From Podarcis muralis (Eukaryota), in NCBI RefSeq assembly GCF_964188315.1, contig NC_135672.1, forward strand, positions 13,826,001-13,890,000: DNA of 64,000 bases. Direction: 5' to 3'. Below the pieces are notes generated by a model, which was given only the letters and a program-made list of their open reading frames with translations, was not told the DNA's origin and searched no databases. Positions within the stretch are counted from its first letter, which is position 1. Each line of letters starts with the position of its first letter. Below, one piece after another: positions 48,166 to 60,393 of the stretch. The translations under genes and the position numbers were made by a program.

Positions 48166-51100
48166 GCCGGCAGTTCCACAGAAGGGCCCAAGGCCTGCCT
48201 TCTTCAGGTGATTCAGGCCCTCTGCCTAGTTCCCTGTTCTCGCAGTGAAGGACCCACCAGAAGGCCCTTGGGAGAGGGACCCCGGTATCCGGGGCGGAGA
48301 CGCTCCTTCAGGTCTACTGGGCCAGCTAAAGAGGCGGATTGGCATTTGAGAGCGTGAGCTTGCAAAAGTGGCTCCGCTGAACCCCAGGAAATGGTCTCCA
48401 GTGGGAGTGAGTTCCACAGTTCAACTGCGCACAAAGGAGGACTTTCTTTTCTCTGCTCAGTGCCACAACTTCTGATGTTAGTTGAGGTGTTAGCCCATGT
48501 TCCCCTGTAGTCTTTTTAAAATACAGAGCCCAATTTTATCAGCCTAGTTTCTCTGCACTTGGGGAAACTCAGACAAGTTTTATATTTCAGTAGCGGACAC
48601 CAGTCCTAATGTAGCCAAGTTCCTCGCTGTGTCCTTCAAAACGAGGACATGTTTGTTAAAAGGAAAGATAAGGACTCTGTATTTTGAAACTCCCTTTTTT
48701 GTGTGGATTTGGTTACACGCTTGCGTTAAAAGTCACCGTCTGTGTGCATGCAAAGAGCGAGGGTGTCCCCTCTGCTGCGGTAGCCTTAATAGCCCCGTAG
48801 TATATCTGAAGTCTGGATGGGAGAGAAATTTGGTTCAGCTCCCATTTAAAGGCGCCCCTTCCTCATTCCTGCTCCCCGGGTGAACTCGGATGCAGCCATC
48901 CTTCGAAAGGTGCGCTTCTCAAACATTTTGCAACACAGTTCTTCCCCCCTGTGTTAAGGGGGAGGAAAAAGTTGCATGCTTTGGTATCGTTTGCCGTGAA
49001 ACGTGTTCGTTCGGAAGACAGAGCGTTCAAAAATGAGCGACGTTAGGGAAAATTGCTTTGGGAAAAGGGTGCAGACAAACATGTTACCGTACTTTTCCGT
49101 TTATAAGACTAGGGTTTTTTTTACTCTAAAATAATGTTAAAAAACAGGGGTCGTCTTACACCTGGGGGGGTCATCTTCCCCCATTTTCATAAATTTGAGT
49201 CCCCAAAAATATAAACACGGAAAAGTGTGGTAATTTGGAGGAATCAGCAGTAAAATATTGACACATTTTGGGGAGGGCTGTTTGCGGTTAGTTTTTTAAG
49301 CTGAATTTAAGCCTGGGAAAATGAGAAACAGAAATGGAACGCCCCCTCAATCCCTAAATGTTTATGACCCCTCCATGGAGAAAAATCCCTGGCTGGTTTC
49401 ATCTTGGGTCTCCAGCACCATCTCAGCCGAAAGTTTCCCCCTGCGTTGAGCTGCGAGGTGGGACTTTCTTTTGCCTCTTCCCCCGTCCCAGCCTGGAGGG
49501 GCCCCTGCAAAAGAGAGGCAGCCCACCCCCCCAGGCGGCTTTTGAACACGTGCAAAGTGGACCTTTGTGTCTGCCTCAGACAGGACTTCATGGAGCTGAC
49601 TGGACACAAAGACCTGTGTCTGAGTTTCTGAGTTCCAGACGGTGTGATCTGCATTTTAATAGACACAAAAATCAATTAAACAATCTTTGTAAATCCTCCC
49701 CCGGCTTTCGGGGGGGGGGGAGAGCACGCTAAGCAGGTTCCTGCTTTAATAAGTCTTGGGCGTCCTGCATCCGAAAGCTTTTGAAGGAAAAGAGAACGGA
49801 GGGGTGGGGGGGAGAAAGACCCCCCCTCCAATTCCTTTTCTCCTGTTTAAGGGATTTATTTTTTGTCTTCCCCTCCAGGGTTGAATGTGTGTCTCACCCC
49901 CCCAACCCAGCCTAGAACTGTCCCAACTTGAAAGTGCTCAATGGATCTTGGGGAGATCCGCAAAGCCCCCCTGCCCTGCCTTGACAGTATTATGATTATT
50001 ATATATAATATTTCTATTGCATTTCCATTTTTTAATATTAAAACACATTCTTATTGTTCACCCTACTTTTTGCTCATATGAGCTTATCGACTTCCCGCCT
50101 CCTGGCTTTCCAAACTCATCTTTATATCATAGCAATTGCACACCCTCCGTTTCCCATTTTTTCCATTTCTGCTGCTCTCAGTTTTAAATAAGTGTAAAAA
50201 GGTGTCAGTCTTGAACATTGCAGGACTTCTTACAACCTTGCCAGCGCTGACGGAATTATTAGAAAGCGCCCAGAGCCTGCTCGCTCCTCCAGGCTCTTTT
50301 ACCCCATTGAAGGTGGATTTTTGCATCTTTGCAGAGCGAAGGTGCACAGCTCGCTGTTTGCAAAATGCACAAAGGCTTTCACTTTCCCAAGCTGAATCTG
50401 CTCTTTTTTGCAGGGACATGCTTTTTGGCAAGCCGGCCGTTTTTCTTTTATTTAAAAAGTTGGCCTGTGGTCCAGCAGGTTGCCGGGGGCCCAGGTGTGT
50501 CCTGCGGACTGTGAAGTTGTTGGGGGGCTCCTGCTCCCCCCATTTTCCAAATCCCTCGGAGGAGGGAGGTCAGAGCAGCAAGTCTCCCCATCCCTCCTAG
50601 ACAATCACTGTCAGGACGTCTAGACAGACCAGATAAGGATATTAGATTCGCACAAAGCGGCCCATTGTGGAGAGGTCAGGGAATCGGTCACACACGTGGT
50701 TTCCCCCTTTCTGCATTTGTCAGGTACGCCCAGGGCAGTGGGGAAGAATGTTTGGTGGCGGGGAATGTGGCCTCTTTCTCTCTCCCCCCTTTTAATAATC
50801 CACGCGTGGTTTTAAAAAATAAAATACAAATACAAAATAAAATACAAGCGTTGTTCCTTCCAGATTTTGCAGGAAAAAACAGCAACCCAATCCCAGTATA
50901 TCTTTCAGCAAGGAGTTAGTAAAGTACACAGGAGAGGAAGACAAGTGTTCAAACCTCAAGGAGAGAGAGAGAGAAAGAAAGGGGGAAAGGGGGTTGTGGG
51001 TTCTTACTTGAACTCTAAGCACCCCAGATGCGCTGGTGTTTAAAACAGAGACACCCCCCCCCACAAAGATCCAGTTTATTTAATTTCACGAAATTCATTT

Positions 51101-51845
51101 CCCGCTTGTAAAACACACACCAAAGCGGTTCATGAAAATGCTGAAACGATATAATTATCCCTTAGTAAAGCTTTCCCAAAAAGTTAACGGAGGCTAGGAA
51201 CAGATCAAACGTCCCACCAGCTTTCTAAGCATCTGGGAAGACTTGTCTAAACAGAAATCTGTTCCGTAATCCTGTCCTCTCCGTGGCCGACTGGAATCCC
51301 TAACGCGGAGTTTGCAAGCAGGGTTTTGCAGAAGAGCGCGTCCCTCTCCCGTGGTTCCCATCACCTGGGATTCAGCAGCCTTGCTGCCTCCATGGGAGTG
51401 TTGGGGCCGTCGGTGACCCCCTCCTCCTCCATGGACTGGGCTGGCCCTCTCTCAGAGCCAAATAGCTTGGCGGCCGTCCTGCCTCCTGCAGCAGGGAGTT
51501 CCATAGTTTATCTCTGCTGCGCAAATAAGTCCTTTGTCTTTTGTTGTTGTTGTTTAGTCCTTTAGTCCTGTCCGATTTGCCTGCCCTGAATTTTCTGGTG
51601 TTCGGCTTCAAGTCCCAGCCTCCAAATGTGTTTGGGAGAGGACTGTGTTGACCTTCAGGCAGGGGAGGGCATTCTTGAGGTGGCCCCCTCCCCAATTCAT
51701 CTCCCCACTTGGGACCCTCCTTAAGCCATGCCCCTTCTTCCCGATAGTGAGTCGTCGGCAAACAAGCCCTGTCCCTCGTGTGAGTTTGTTTTTCTCTCTG
51801 CTTAAAAATCTCTCCCCCCCCCCCGCACGTTGTTCTCCTTTCCAG

Positions 51846-51962
51846 GAGCTGGAGAAGCTGGGCCTCGGAGACGACGTCGACCTCCACGTCTGCGAAATCC
51901 CAGTGGAATACCAGGCCGTGGAGCGGCTCATCCCTGCCTTGTGGAAGAAGCACAGCCCGCAA
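51846..51962 (+). CDS. PGPEP1: PGPEP1 exon 3 ELEKLGLGDDVDLHVCEIPVEYQAVERLIPALWKKHSPQ
   Basis: tttccag| and CAA|GTGAGT; 117 nt. Confidence 0.96.
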
Positions 51963-52039
51963 GTGAGTGAGTGAACGGCCGGGGGGTGTGTGACAACGAC
52001 GACACAGCAGCTGGGTGCCCACAGGAAGCTGCCTGACAT

Positions 52040-52560
52040 CGAGTCATCATCATCATCATCATCATCATCATTTATTATTTATACCCCACGCCACTCTGGG
52101 CGGCTTCCAACAAGAGATTAAAAATACATTAAAACATCAGTCGTTAGAAACTTCCCTAAACAGGGAATCTGCCTCCAGATGTCTTCTAAAAGTCAAGTAG
52201 TTGTTGATTTCCTTGGCATCTTGTGGCAGGCGCCACCACCGAGAAGGCAGAGGGCCTGGTTCCCTGTAACCTCACAGGGAGGGAACCGCCAGAAGGCCCT
52301 TGGGAGATGGACCCCGGTGTCCGGGGTGGAGATGCTCCATCAGGGATACTGGGCCATTTAGGGCTTTCAAGGTCAGCACCAACCCTTTGAATTGTGCTTG
52401 GAAACGTCCTGGGAGCCAATGTAGGTCTTTCAGGACCGGTGTTATGTGGTCTCCACTCCCAGTCCCCAGTTTGGCTGCTGCATTCTGGATTAGTTGCAGT
52501 TTCCGGGTCACCTTCAAAGGTTGCCCCACGGAGAGAACGCTGCAGTAGACCATTGGGCCC
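52040..52560 (-). mobile_element. L2 LINE 3' fragment; shorter copy at about 48200-48330
   Basis: ORF track KLQLIQNAAAKL...DHITPVLKDLHWLPGRFQAQFK. Confidence 0.85.
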
Positions 52561-53117
52561 ACACTGGCTGGCAGCAGTGACTCTTCTGGGGTCCTGACAG
52601 GACATCTCTCCAAACCCTTCCGGAAGGTGCTGGAACCATTTCCCGTTTCCATGAAGTGTCCTGGATGCTTTAGCCGAGATTCCAGCATTGCAGGGGGTTG
52701 CTGGGCTCTACAATTCCGTAATTCATAACGCAACACCCATTTAAATAAGAATATAGGACGCTGTCTTACCTTTGGTCCACCTAGCTCAGACCTGGCAGCA
52801 GTTCTCTCTCTCTTTTAAATAAGATTTTTCATAATACAATAAGGTAAAAGAAACTAATCTAAATAAAAACCCAAAGAGAGAAAGCGAGAGAGAGAGAGAG
52901 AGGGAAAACACCAAAGGGAAGGAAAACCAAAAATAGAAAATAGAAAATAAAAAGGACATCCAGTTTTCTGCCTGTCAGTTACGTAAAAGAAACCCACCCC
53001 CTTTTCCTGGCAGCGGTTCTCCAGGGGTTTCTGGATGTGGCGGGGAGGGAGGGATATTCCACGCCCGACCTGGAGAGACGGGCGATTGGCGCAACACAGC
53101 TCCTGTTCCCCTTGCAG

Positions 53118-53350
53118 CTGGTGGTGCACGTGGGCCTGTCTGGCATGGCCACCACGGTGACGCTGGAAAAGTGCGGCCACAACATCGGCTACCGCGGCCT
53201 GGACAACTGCCGCTTCTGCCCGGGCTCCCAGTGCTGCATCGAGGGGGGGCCCGAGTGCATCGACTCCGTCATCGACATGGACGCCGTCTGCAAGAGGGTC
53301 TCCACCCTGGGGCTGGACGTGGCCGTGACGATATCGAAGGATGCCGGCAG
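53118..53350 (+). CDS. PGPEP1: PGPEP1 exon 4 LVVHVGLSGMATTVTLEKCGHN...ISKDAG (catalytic Glu in LEKCG)
   Basis: cttgcag| and AG|GTAGGC; 233 nt. Confidence 0.97.
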
Positions 53351-53646
53351 GTAGGCGGGGCAGACTCCCGGCTGGCGACAGAAGGAAGCCCCCCTGGCTC
53401 AGTGGTAAGGCTGAGCCCCAAACCCTGGAGAGCCTCTGCCCCTCAGTGCAGGCGGTACAGAACTAGGTGGAGGGAAGGGCCTGAACCTTTCAAAAGCAGG
53501 TCTCTCTGTTCCTCTGTTGCGGCAGGGAGTTCCGCAGTTGAACAATTAAAATCAGTTTAGCAAAGGCTAGAGCAGATCAGGACCTCAATGTCTTACGGAG
53601 CGCCTCTCCCCCTGCGAACTGATGCTGACCCTGCGCTTGTCAGCCA

Positions 53647-54030
53647 GGGACGCAGGTGGCGCTGGGGTCTCAACCACTGAGCCTCTTGGGCTTGCCGATT
53701 GGAAGGTTGGCAGTTCGAATCCCCACAACGGGGTGAGCTCCCGTTGCTCAGTCCCTGCTCCTGCCAACCTAGCAGTTCAAAAGCATGCCAGTGCAAGTAA
53801 ATAAATAGGTACCGCAGCGGTGGAAAGGTAAATGGCGTTTCTGTGCACTCTGGTTTCCGTCACAGTTTCTCATTGCGCCAGAAGCGGTTTAGTCCTGCTG
53901 GCCACATGACCTGGAAAGCCGTCTGTGGACAAACGCTGGCTCCCTCGGCCTGAAAGCGAGACCAGTGCCGCAACCCCATAGTCGCCTTGGACTGGACTTA
54001 ACCACCCAGGGGTCCTTTACCTTACCTTAC
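53647..54030 (+). mobile_element. Sauria SINE (Squam1), full length, in PGPEP1 intron 4
   Basis: gggacgcaggtggcgctg...cttgccgat...ttcgaatcccc...cctgccaacctagcagttc...ggggtcctttaccttacc tail. Confidence 0.9.
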
Positions 54031-54706
54031 CCATGCCCCCCACTCCCTGAGAGGTCCAGAGGGCGGCAACACGAGAACAGGGCCTTTTCTGCGGTGGCTC
54101 CCCGTCTGTGGGATGTTCTCCCCAGAGAGGCTCACCTGGTGCCATCATTGCATGTCCTTAGGCAAAACCAGTCCTCTTTACCCATGAAATAATCTATTGC
54201 CTATTAAAGCTGGGGGGTGGGGAAATGGGACTATTATTATGATTATTTTATTCTGCTTTTTGTTGTGTTTTTACTACTATGAGTTCTTAATGTTGGCTCT
54301 CTGAATAGAGGGCAGTACACTGCAAACCTGGACCACTGTGTTCCGGTTTGTGAACTTTTTTTGGAAGCCGAACGTGCTCCGCTTTGAGTGCAACACGTCC
54401 GTTTTGAGACTGCAGTACATTGTTCATTGCTTTCATTTTATGGATCAATGGTCTCGCTAGATAGTAAAATTCATGTTAAATGGCTATTTTAGGGGTTGTT
54501 TTTAAAAGTCTGGAACGGATTAATCCGTTTTGCATGTCTTCCTATGGGAAAGCGCGCCTTGGTTTTGGAACGGACTTCTGGAACGGATTAAGGGACCACT
54601 GTAAATCAAATTAACGCTAGCGAAGCGAGAAAGCCGTCCCTGCAGAGAGCCACGTTCTGCCGTTTAGCTCTGAGTTCTAATCCCCGGCTGCTTCTCCTCC
54701 TTGCAG

Positions 54707-54899
54707 GTACCTCTGCGACTTCACCTACTACACCTCGCTGTACCACAGCCACGGCCGCTCGGCCTTCGTCCACGTTCCCCCGCTGGGGAGGCCCTACAGC
54801 GCCGATCAGCTGGGGCGAGCCCTGCAGGCCATCATCGCGGCGATGCTCAGCGACTTGAAACACTCAGACAGCAACATCAATTGCCACAACGAGCACTGA
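54707..54899 (+). CDS. PGPEP1: PGPEP1 exon 5 (R)YLCDFTYYTSLYHSHGRSAFVHVPP...NEH* (catalytic Cys and His)
   Basis: ccttgcag| acceptor; DAGRYLCDF and FVHVP motifs; TGA at 54897-54899. Confidence 0.97.
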
Positions 54900-57800
54900 G
54901 GCACAAGCCCCGTGTCCCACCTGCTCCCTCGCTGTTGCACTTCTGGAAAAGAAACTTTTCTCACAGTACCTTGGGGGCGGGGGGGGGGCGGGTTTTCCTT
55001 CCTGATTTTGAGCCGCAGGGCCCTCTCTGTGTCCGGTGATCAGCGCTAACTCCCCAAGAAACGATTTTGCACCCTCTTTCAATTCTCCAGGCCCCCCCTT
55101 TCCAGACACAACTGGAGCAGTTTTTATTTTTGGATTGCCGCGGAGGAGTCAGGGCGTGTGTGTTTTTTTTAATTGTGCGTCTAGGATTTCGGAAGGAGGG
55201 GGGGGCTTATGCCTCCTGCAATATCCAAGAATCCAAGCCCCAATTTGTATGAAAATTTTTGCCTCCTGTCTCGACTTGGGTCTTTCAAAAAGGGTGCATA
55301 CAAAAACGTTGTAGCTTAAAGCAGAGGGCAGCGGAACGAACTCCTGCCCGGGGGAATTTTCTAGCCCCTCGTCAAGGGGGTCAGAGCTTTCCACTCTGCC
55401 AGCCCCCCAAACACCTCTGATGCCCTCTTTGGGGCAGGAAAGGGGGTGGGGTGGAAAGAGGCCTCCTTTGCTCTGACCTAGTTTTTTTTCCGGGGGGGGG
55501 GGGGGTTGTTGGAGCAGATGACTCTTGGGGTCCCCTCCCATTATTATTATTTTTTTAAAGAAAGAACGGACCTCTTTGCATTACTGCCTTTTTCAAACTT
55601 GGCAACTACATACCTCTGCACCCGAAGCGCACACCTTCTCTTCGGCTGGGTCTTGCTCCAGGAACTGGGGGCTGCCTTCTCCCCCAACACCCCCCCGAGC
55701 CCTCTTTTCCAGTGCCTCAAAAGCAAGATGCTGCTCAGACCCCCCCCCCAAACACCACTTTGTACCTTAGAATCTCAGCGTGGTACTAGATCTCTTTTCT
55801 GAACTTTTTTTGCTGTGTCCTGGGAGGGGCCTCTGGAGTTAAACTAGAATGGTGCCGCCTCCTTGATGACACTTCCTAAGAAAATTTTTTTTGGGGGGGA
55901 CGACAATGAAGATGGAGGGGGAGACACCCCTGAGACTCGCCCAGACTCCTTTTCCTGCCTGGCAGAGCCGTTTCTCTGTGGTTGGAGCAGAAGATCCAAC
56001 AGCCCCTGTCTGGAAAACATTCTGGATTTTGGCAAAGGAGGACTGCCCTTACAAGTATTGCAGGAAAAAAAAATGTATATTTCCTCGTTCGAACATGGCA
56101 GGATGAGGGCGCCACGCTCAGCAGAGAGCTCAAAGAGTCTCGTTTTCAAAACCAGCGCGCCAACTTCGCTCTAAAAAAGTCACGGGGCGTCGCAGACTTA
56201 AAAGGAGACGAACCTGAGTGTTTAAAAATCCCGAATGGAGTTGGGTGTCGCAGACTCTCCCGTCAAAATAGAGCTAAATGACTAATGTCTTGGCTTAAAA
56301 GGAGGAGGAGGAATCTGTTCAAGTGGAAATATGTGGATCCTTCTCTTCCCCCCTCCCCTTTCTCTCTTTTTGTAAAAGAAAAGTTGATTGCTATTTGAAT
56401 CTCTTAAAATCTTTAATTGGTTCTGCTTTCTCTAGTAACTCTCAGTGAGAGTTCCCCAAGGGCCCGTCTGCTTAGCCCAGTGGAATTGTCTTGGCGAGCG
56501 AGAGCCACGGGGTTCGGATGCCGGAGCGGAGCCGCTTTCTGGCCTCGCAAATGGGACAAGTGGTGGTGGGCGGCTTTCTGGACTGTGAAGATCCTTGTAT
56601 ATCTGAAGCGTCTTGAGTCCGTAGAGTCTACAATGGCTCCTGTTTCTGTTTAGTACAGGGATCTGGGTGGTGGGCGCGATCTGTGGCCGGCCAAATGTCG
56701 TTGGAGTCCATCTCCCCTCGTCACTATTGCCCCTGACAGCTGCCTGTCCAGCTCTCCAGTCTACATGATGTGACCAGAAAGGTTGGTGAAGGGTCACAGA
56801 AATTGGACAGTGAGAAATATTTGAACATACATGCCTTACAGGCCTCAATGTAGCTCAATGTTCTCTCAATTGTAGCTCAATGCCAGTCGGTGTAGAACTG
56901 AGCTGGATGGACCCAGGGATCTGCCATGGAGCTTCTTCCTGCCTTCCCCTGAGCCACCAATTTGGGAGCGCGCTGTTGCCACTTGGGTCCTCCTTTTGGG
57001 CTCTCCTGGAGAGAGGAGGCTGGGCTGGGTGGGCCTGATCCGGCGTGCTCTTCTTAGTTTCCTTGTGGAACCTCCCTAGGCAGAGCCAGCTTCCCTTAGG
57101 ACAGTGGAGAACAAGAGCAGAAGGTGGCAGCTGCGCTCTCATCGCGAGGACAGGGTGCTGGGTCTAATCCAGCAGTTCACGACTGTCCTCCCACAAAGAG
57201 TGCAGTCCTCCTCCTCTCTGGCCTGCGCAGTGTGCTTTTTCCTGTGTCTGCCCATTTTAGTCCTGTGGGCTCTGGGTTTCCCAGAGAATTTCCAATCCGC
57301 CATCTGTCTCCCTTTTCCCAGTGCCCTAAATCGCCCCCTTCAACCTTGAGAGTGCCAGATATTCAGGAATCCCACCTCCCATCATCGCCAGTCAATCGAT
57401 CAACCCGTCTCCTTGAGTGGAATATGCCTACGATTGTTCAGCAGAAAGGAAACTCTGGAGAAGTCGGTGTCATTTAATCTTGCTTTCAAGCATGAGGTTT
57501 AAATATTTCTGGTGGACTTTTGCAGTAAAACAAGACATGTGCAATGGGTTTTGATCTGTTTCATAGCATATTCCAGCTGGCAATTTCGCAGAGGGCATTT
57601 CTTGTAAGGGAAAAAGCTCTCGCTCCTGAAAGTCCCGCCATTTCATTCTGTTCCTTCCATTTCTGGGCCGCTTTTCACTCACGCAAGTCACAAAGTGACT
57701 TGCAAACAAGAACAGAACATCACGACGACAGCGTAAATCACATAGAATAATTACCAATCGTCAGTAAAACAACTATTTTCTGTAAAGCACTATTAACAAA

Positions 57801-58331
57801 ACAACAATAAAAATTAAGCCGAACAGCAGCTACACGCTTCCTGTTCTGGCTGAGAGCTGAGCATCCAAAATGCAGTGCTGGGAATGTCTCCCTTTTGCAA
57901 ACCCTGGAGAACGGCTGCCCGTCAGTCAGAAGCGCTGAGCCTGACTTCTACAGACGCCTTCCTCCGTTTTTATGAAGTTGCTTCTGTTTTTCCATCTCAG
58001 GAATCCCACAAAAGCGCCACACTGCCCCCGCCTCACTTTTACATTGCTAGCTAGAATATGTAATTTATTTTATAATCTTACAGTTTTCACAAATAATTTG
58101 ATTTGGGGGGGAGGGGGGAGGGAGGGAGAGGGAGGGAGGGGCCCACCACTGTTTCTCCGAAGAACCTTCACTTGGGTGCTGATTTGTTTTTAATGTTGCA
58201 TTAAAAGTCATTTTTATTTAAGCCGTTACAGAGTTAAATGCGTGTGTTTGTGTTATTATTTTCCCTTTTTCACCTTCTCTCTCCTGTCCTGTTAAGTTCG
58301 CAGACTCATAAAGTATCCCCGTTTGAACGGA

Positions 58332-58337
58332 AATAAA
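58332..58337 (+). terminator. Candidate distal PGPEP1 polyadenylation signal AATAAA (3' UTR of about 3.4 kb)
   Basis: AATAAA at the end of an AU/GU-rich stretch, followed by T-rich sequence. Confidence 0.4.
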
Positions 58338-58812
58338 AAAGTTTCTGATAATTCTTCAGTTCTCCAACCTGAAAAATGTGTCTACTGCTGGAAAAGCATG
58401 TGTGAAAATGCATATATTGGTGAAAAGAACATACCAGTGATAATAAGACAGTGGAACCTTGGTTCCTGAACTTAATACGTTCCAGGGGTCTGTCTGACTC
58501 CTAAAATGGTTCGAAAACCAAGGCACGGCTTCTGACTGGCTGCAGGAAGCCGCACTAGGTGTTCGGCTTCCAAAAAACGTTCAAAAACCGGAACAATCAC
58601 GTCTGGTTTTTGATCGTTCAGGAGCCGATTTCTTTGGCTCCCAAGACATTCAGGAACCAGTGCATTTCTGTTGTATTGCAGAGAGTTGGACTTGATTGAT
58701 CCCTTCCAACTCTGATTCTTTGATATAAAAATAAATAGAGGAAAATTGCTTGCGAAAACTCTGGAATGCATATGAAAATTAATGGGGAAACAGCCAGATG
58801 GGCAGGGTACAA

Positions 58813-58860
<48 letters not shown>

Positions 58861-58962
58861 GCCCATTCAGAAAATTTGCCAGCCTTTTAGAGTGGATTTA
58901 TCCTAAATCTCCATACAAAAACATGTATATTTAGGAGAAATCTGTGCTGAAGCACTGTTGCA

Positions 58963-58995
<33 letters not shown>

Positions 58996-60049
58996 ACACT
59001 TAAAATAATAAAACAATAGCAAAAGTGATGCTGGGATGTGGCGAGCGGAGCTGAAGAGTGGAGCAACGAGAAGTTGAGAGGGACAGAGACTTGATTCAGA
59101 CATGTTTGCCCGCTGCTACGTAATATATGCCTGGGAGCAGCCCTGGGAGGCTGGCCACACCATTCGTGGAGTGCCAGGGGACGAGAATCACGGGTGACTG
59201 GGAAGGAGACCTTCCTCTTTGTGTTTTTCACATCCCCCTCAGCCTCCCTCCCCCCCAAATATTGATGGTGCAATGTGACCTTTTTGGGGTGGAAAGGCCC
59301 ACCTAAGCCAGCCCCCCCCCCCCGCGCTTCTGCAAACAGGGCCAGCAGGTGCATCCCTCCGGAACGGTGCCAACCATTTCTGCGCATTTTTGCAGGACTT
59401 GTTTCCCACGCTCGGGGGCAAATGTATTTTTCCTTTTTCCCCTTTTAAATTGAGGCTGGAGTCAGGGTGCGCTGCATTTTGACGCCACCAGGTGGTGCTG
59501 CGTTACAGGCCATCCTCGCTTGGAGAGGGAACTTTGGCCCAGAGAAGCGATGCACTCTGCAGCTGCTCAGGAGCCTTGCCTTCCCTCCTCTCAAGGCGGA
59601 AAGCAGGAGGGGTCCAAGTAACCCAGGCCCCCGTCCCCCTCCCCGCTTTCGGCAGGGGAGGCAGAAGAAAGAAAAACGCAAAAAATGTGGGTTTTTTTGG
59701 GGGGGGAAACACAATTAAAATCAATTCATTTTTAAAAGACAAAAACAAAAATGCCATGCAAAAAAGAGATTTGTTTCTAAATTCATTTTTAAAAGAAAAA
59801 CACCATGCGCAAACTTTTTAAAAAAAGCAATTATCGACTTTTCAAGCCAAAATAATGTCTTTAGACGTTTAGATCCACTGCCCAGCACGGGAATAAAATC
59901 AAACCGAAGATGGTTCAGTTATGATGGAGGATTAAAGATACATAAACACGCAAAAAACCAAAATCAGAACCTTAGAGAGGAAGCTCAAGGGATGGGGCCG
60001 CTCAGATTATTCCTATATGATGATTCTACCCAAAAAGTCACCCTAGATC

Positions 60050-60278
60050 TGCTGAAGAAGAGGCGCGCTCGCTTTGCGCCCCTGCGCTCTTTCCGCGCCC
60101 CTGCGCGCCTCCTCCTCCCACCTGTCGGCCCCGCCCTCGCCCTCCATTGGCCCGGCCAGCCCCGCCCCCGCCCCTCCCTCCCTCCCTCCCGGTCCCCGTC
60201 CCCCCCCCCCCCCCGGCCGGGCAGCCGCGTCTCCGGTGCGCCAAGGTGCGCGCCTCTCTCTCTCTCTCTCTCTCCGCG
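60050..60278 (+). promoter_or_regulatory. REEP6-like CpG-island promoter; (CT)n immediately before the ATG
   Basis: ATTGG box, GC boxes, CpG-rich sequence. Confidence 0.6.
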
Positions 60279-60393
60279 ATGGGCTCCGCGCAGCTCCGCT
60301 TCCAGGCCTTCCTGCGGCGGCCGGGCTGGGTGGGCGACTTGCTGGGCCGCCTGGAGGCGCAGACGGGCGTCAAGAGGGACTACCTGGCCGCAG
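60279..60393 (+). CDS. REEP6: REEP5/6 (DP1/Yop1) family gene, exon 1 only, MGSAQLRFQAFLRRPGWVGDLLGRLEAQTGVKRDYLAA; REEP6-like; later exons not found in the window
   Basis: DLLGRLEAQTGV..YLAAG resembles the REEP5/6 N-terminus; G|GTGAGC phase-1 donor after 38 codons; CpG island with CCAAT and GC boxes upstream. Confidence 0.72.

Noticed and set aside
55891-56106. APVWKTF...CPYKYC resembling a BED zinc finger
   Set aside because: No CxxC spacing and no downstream His ligands.
56600-56700. VLNRNR and CRL..L....DL words recalling TEKTIP1 or GDF15
   Set aside because: Matches are 4-6 residues, spacing is wrong and the TGF-beta cysteine pattern is absent.
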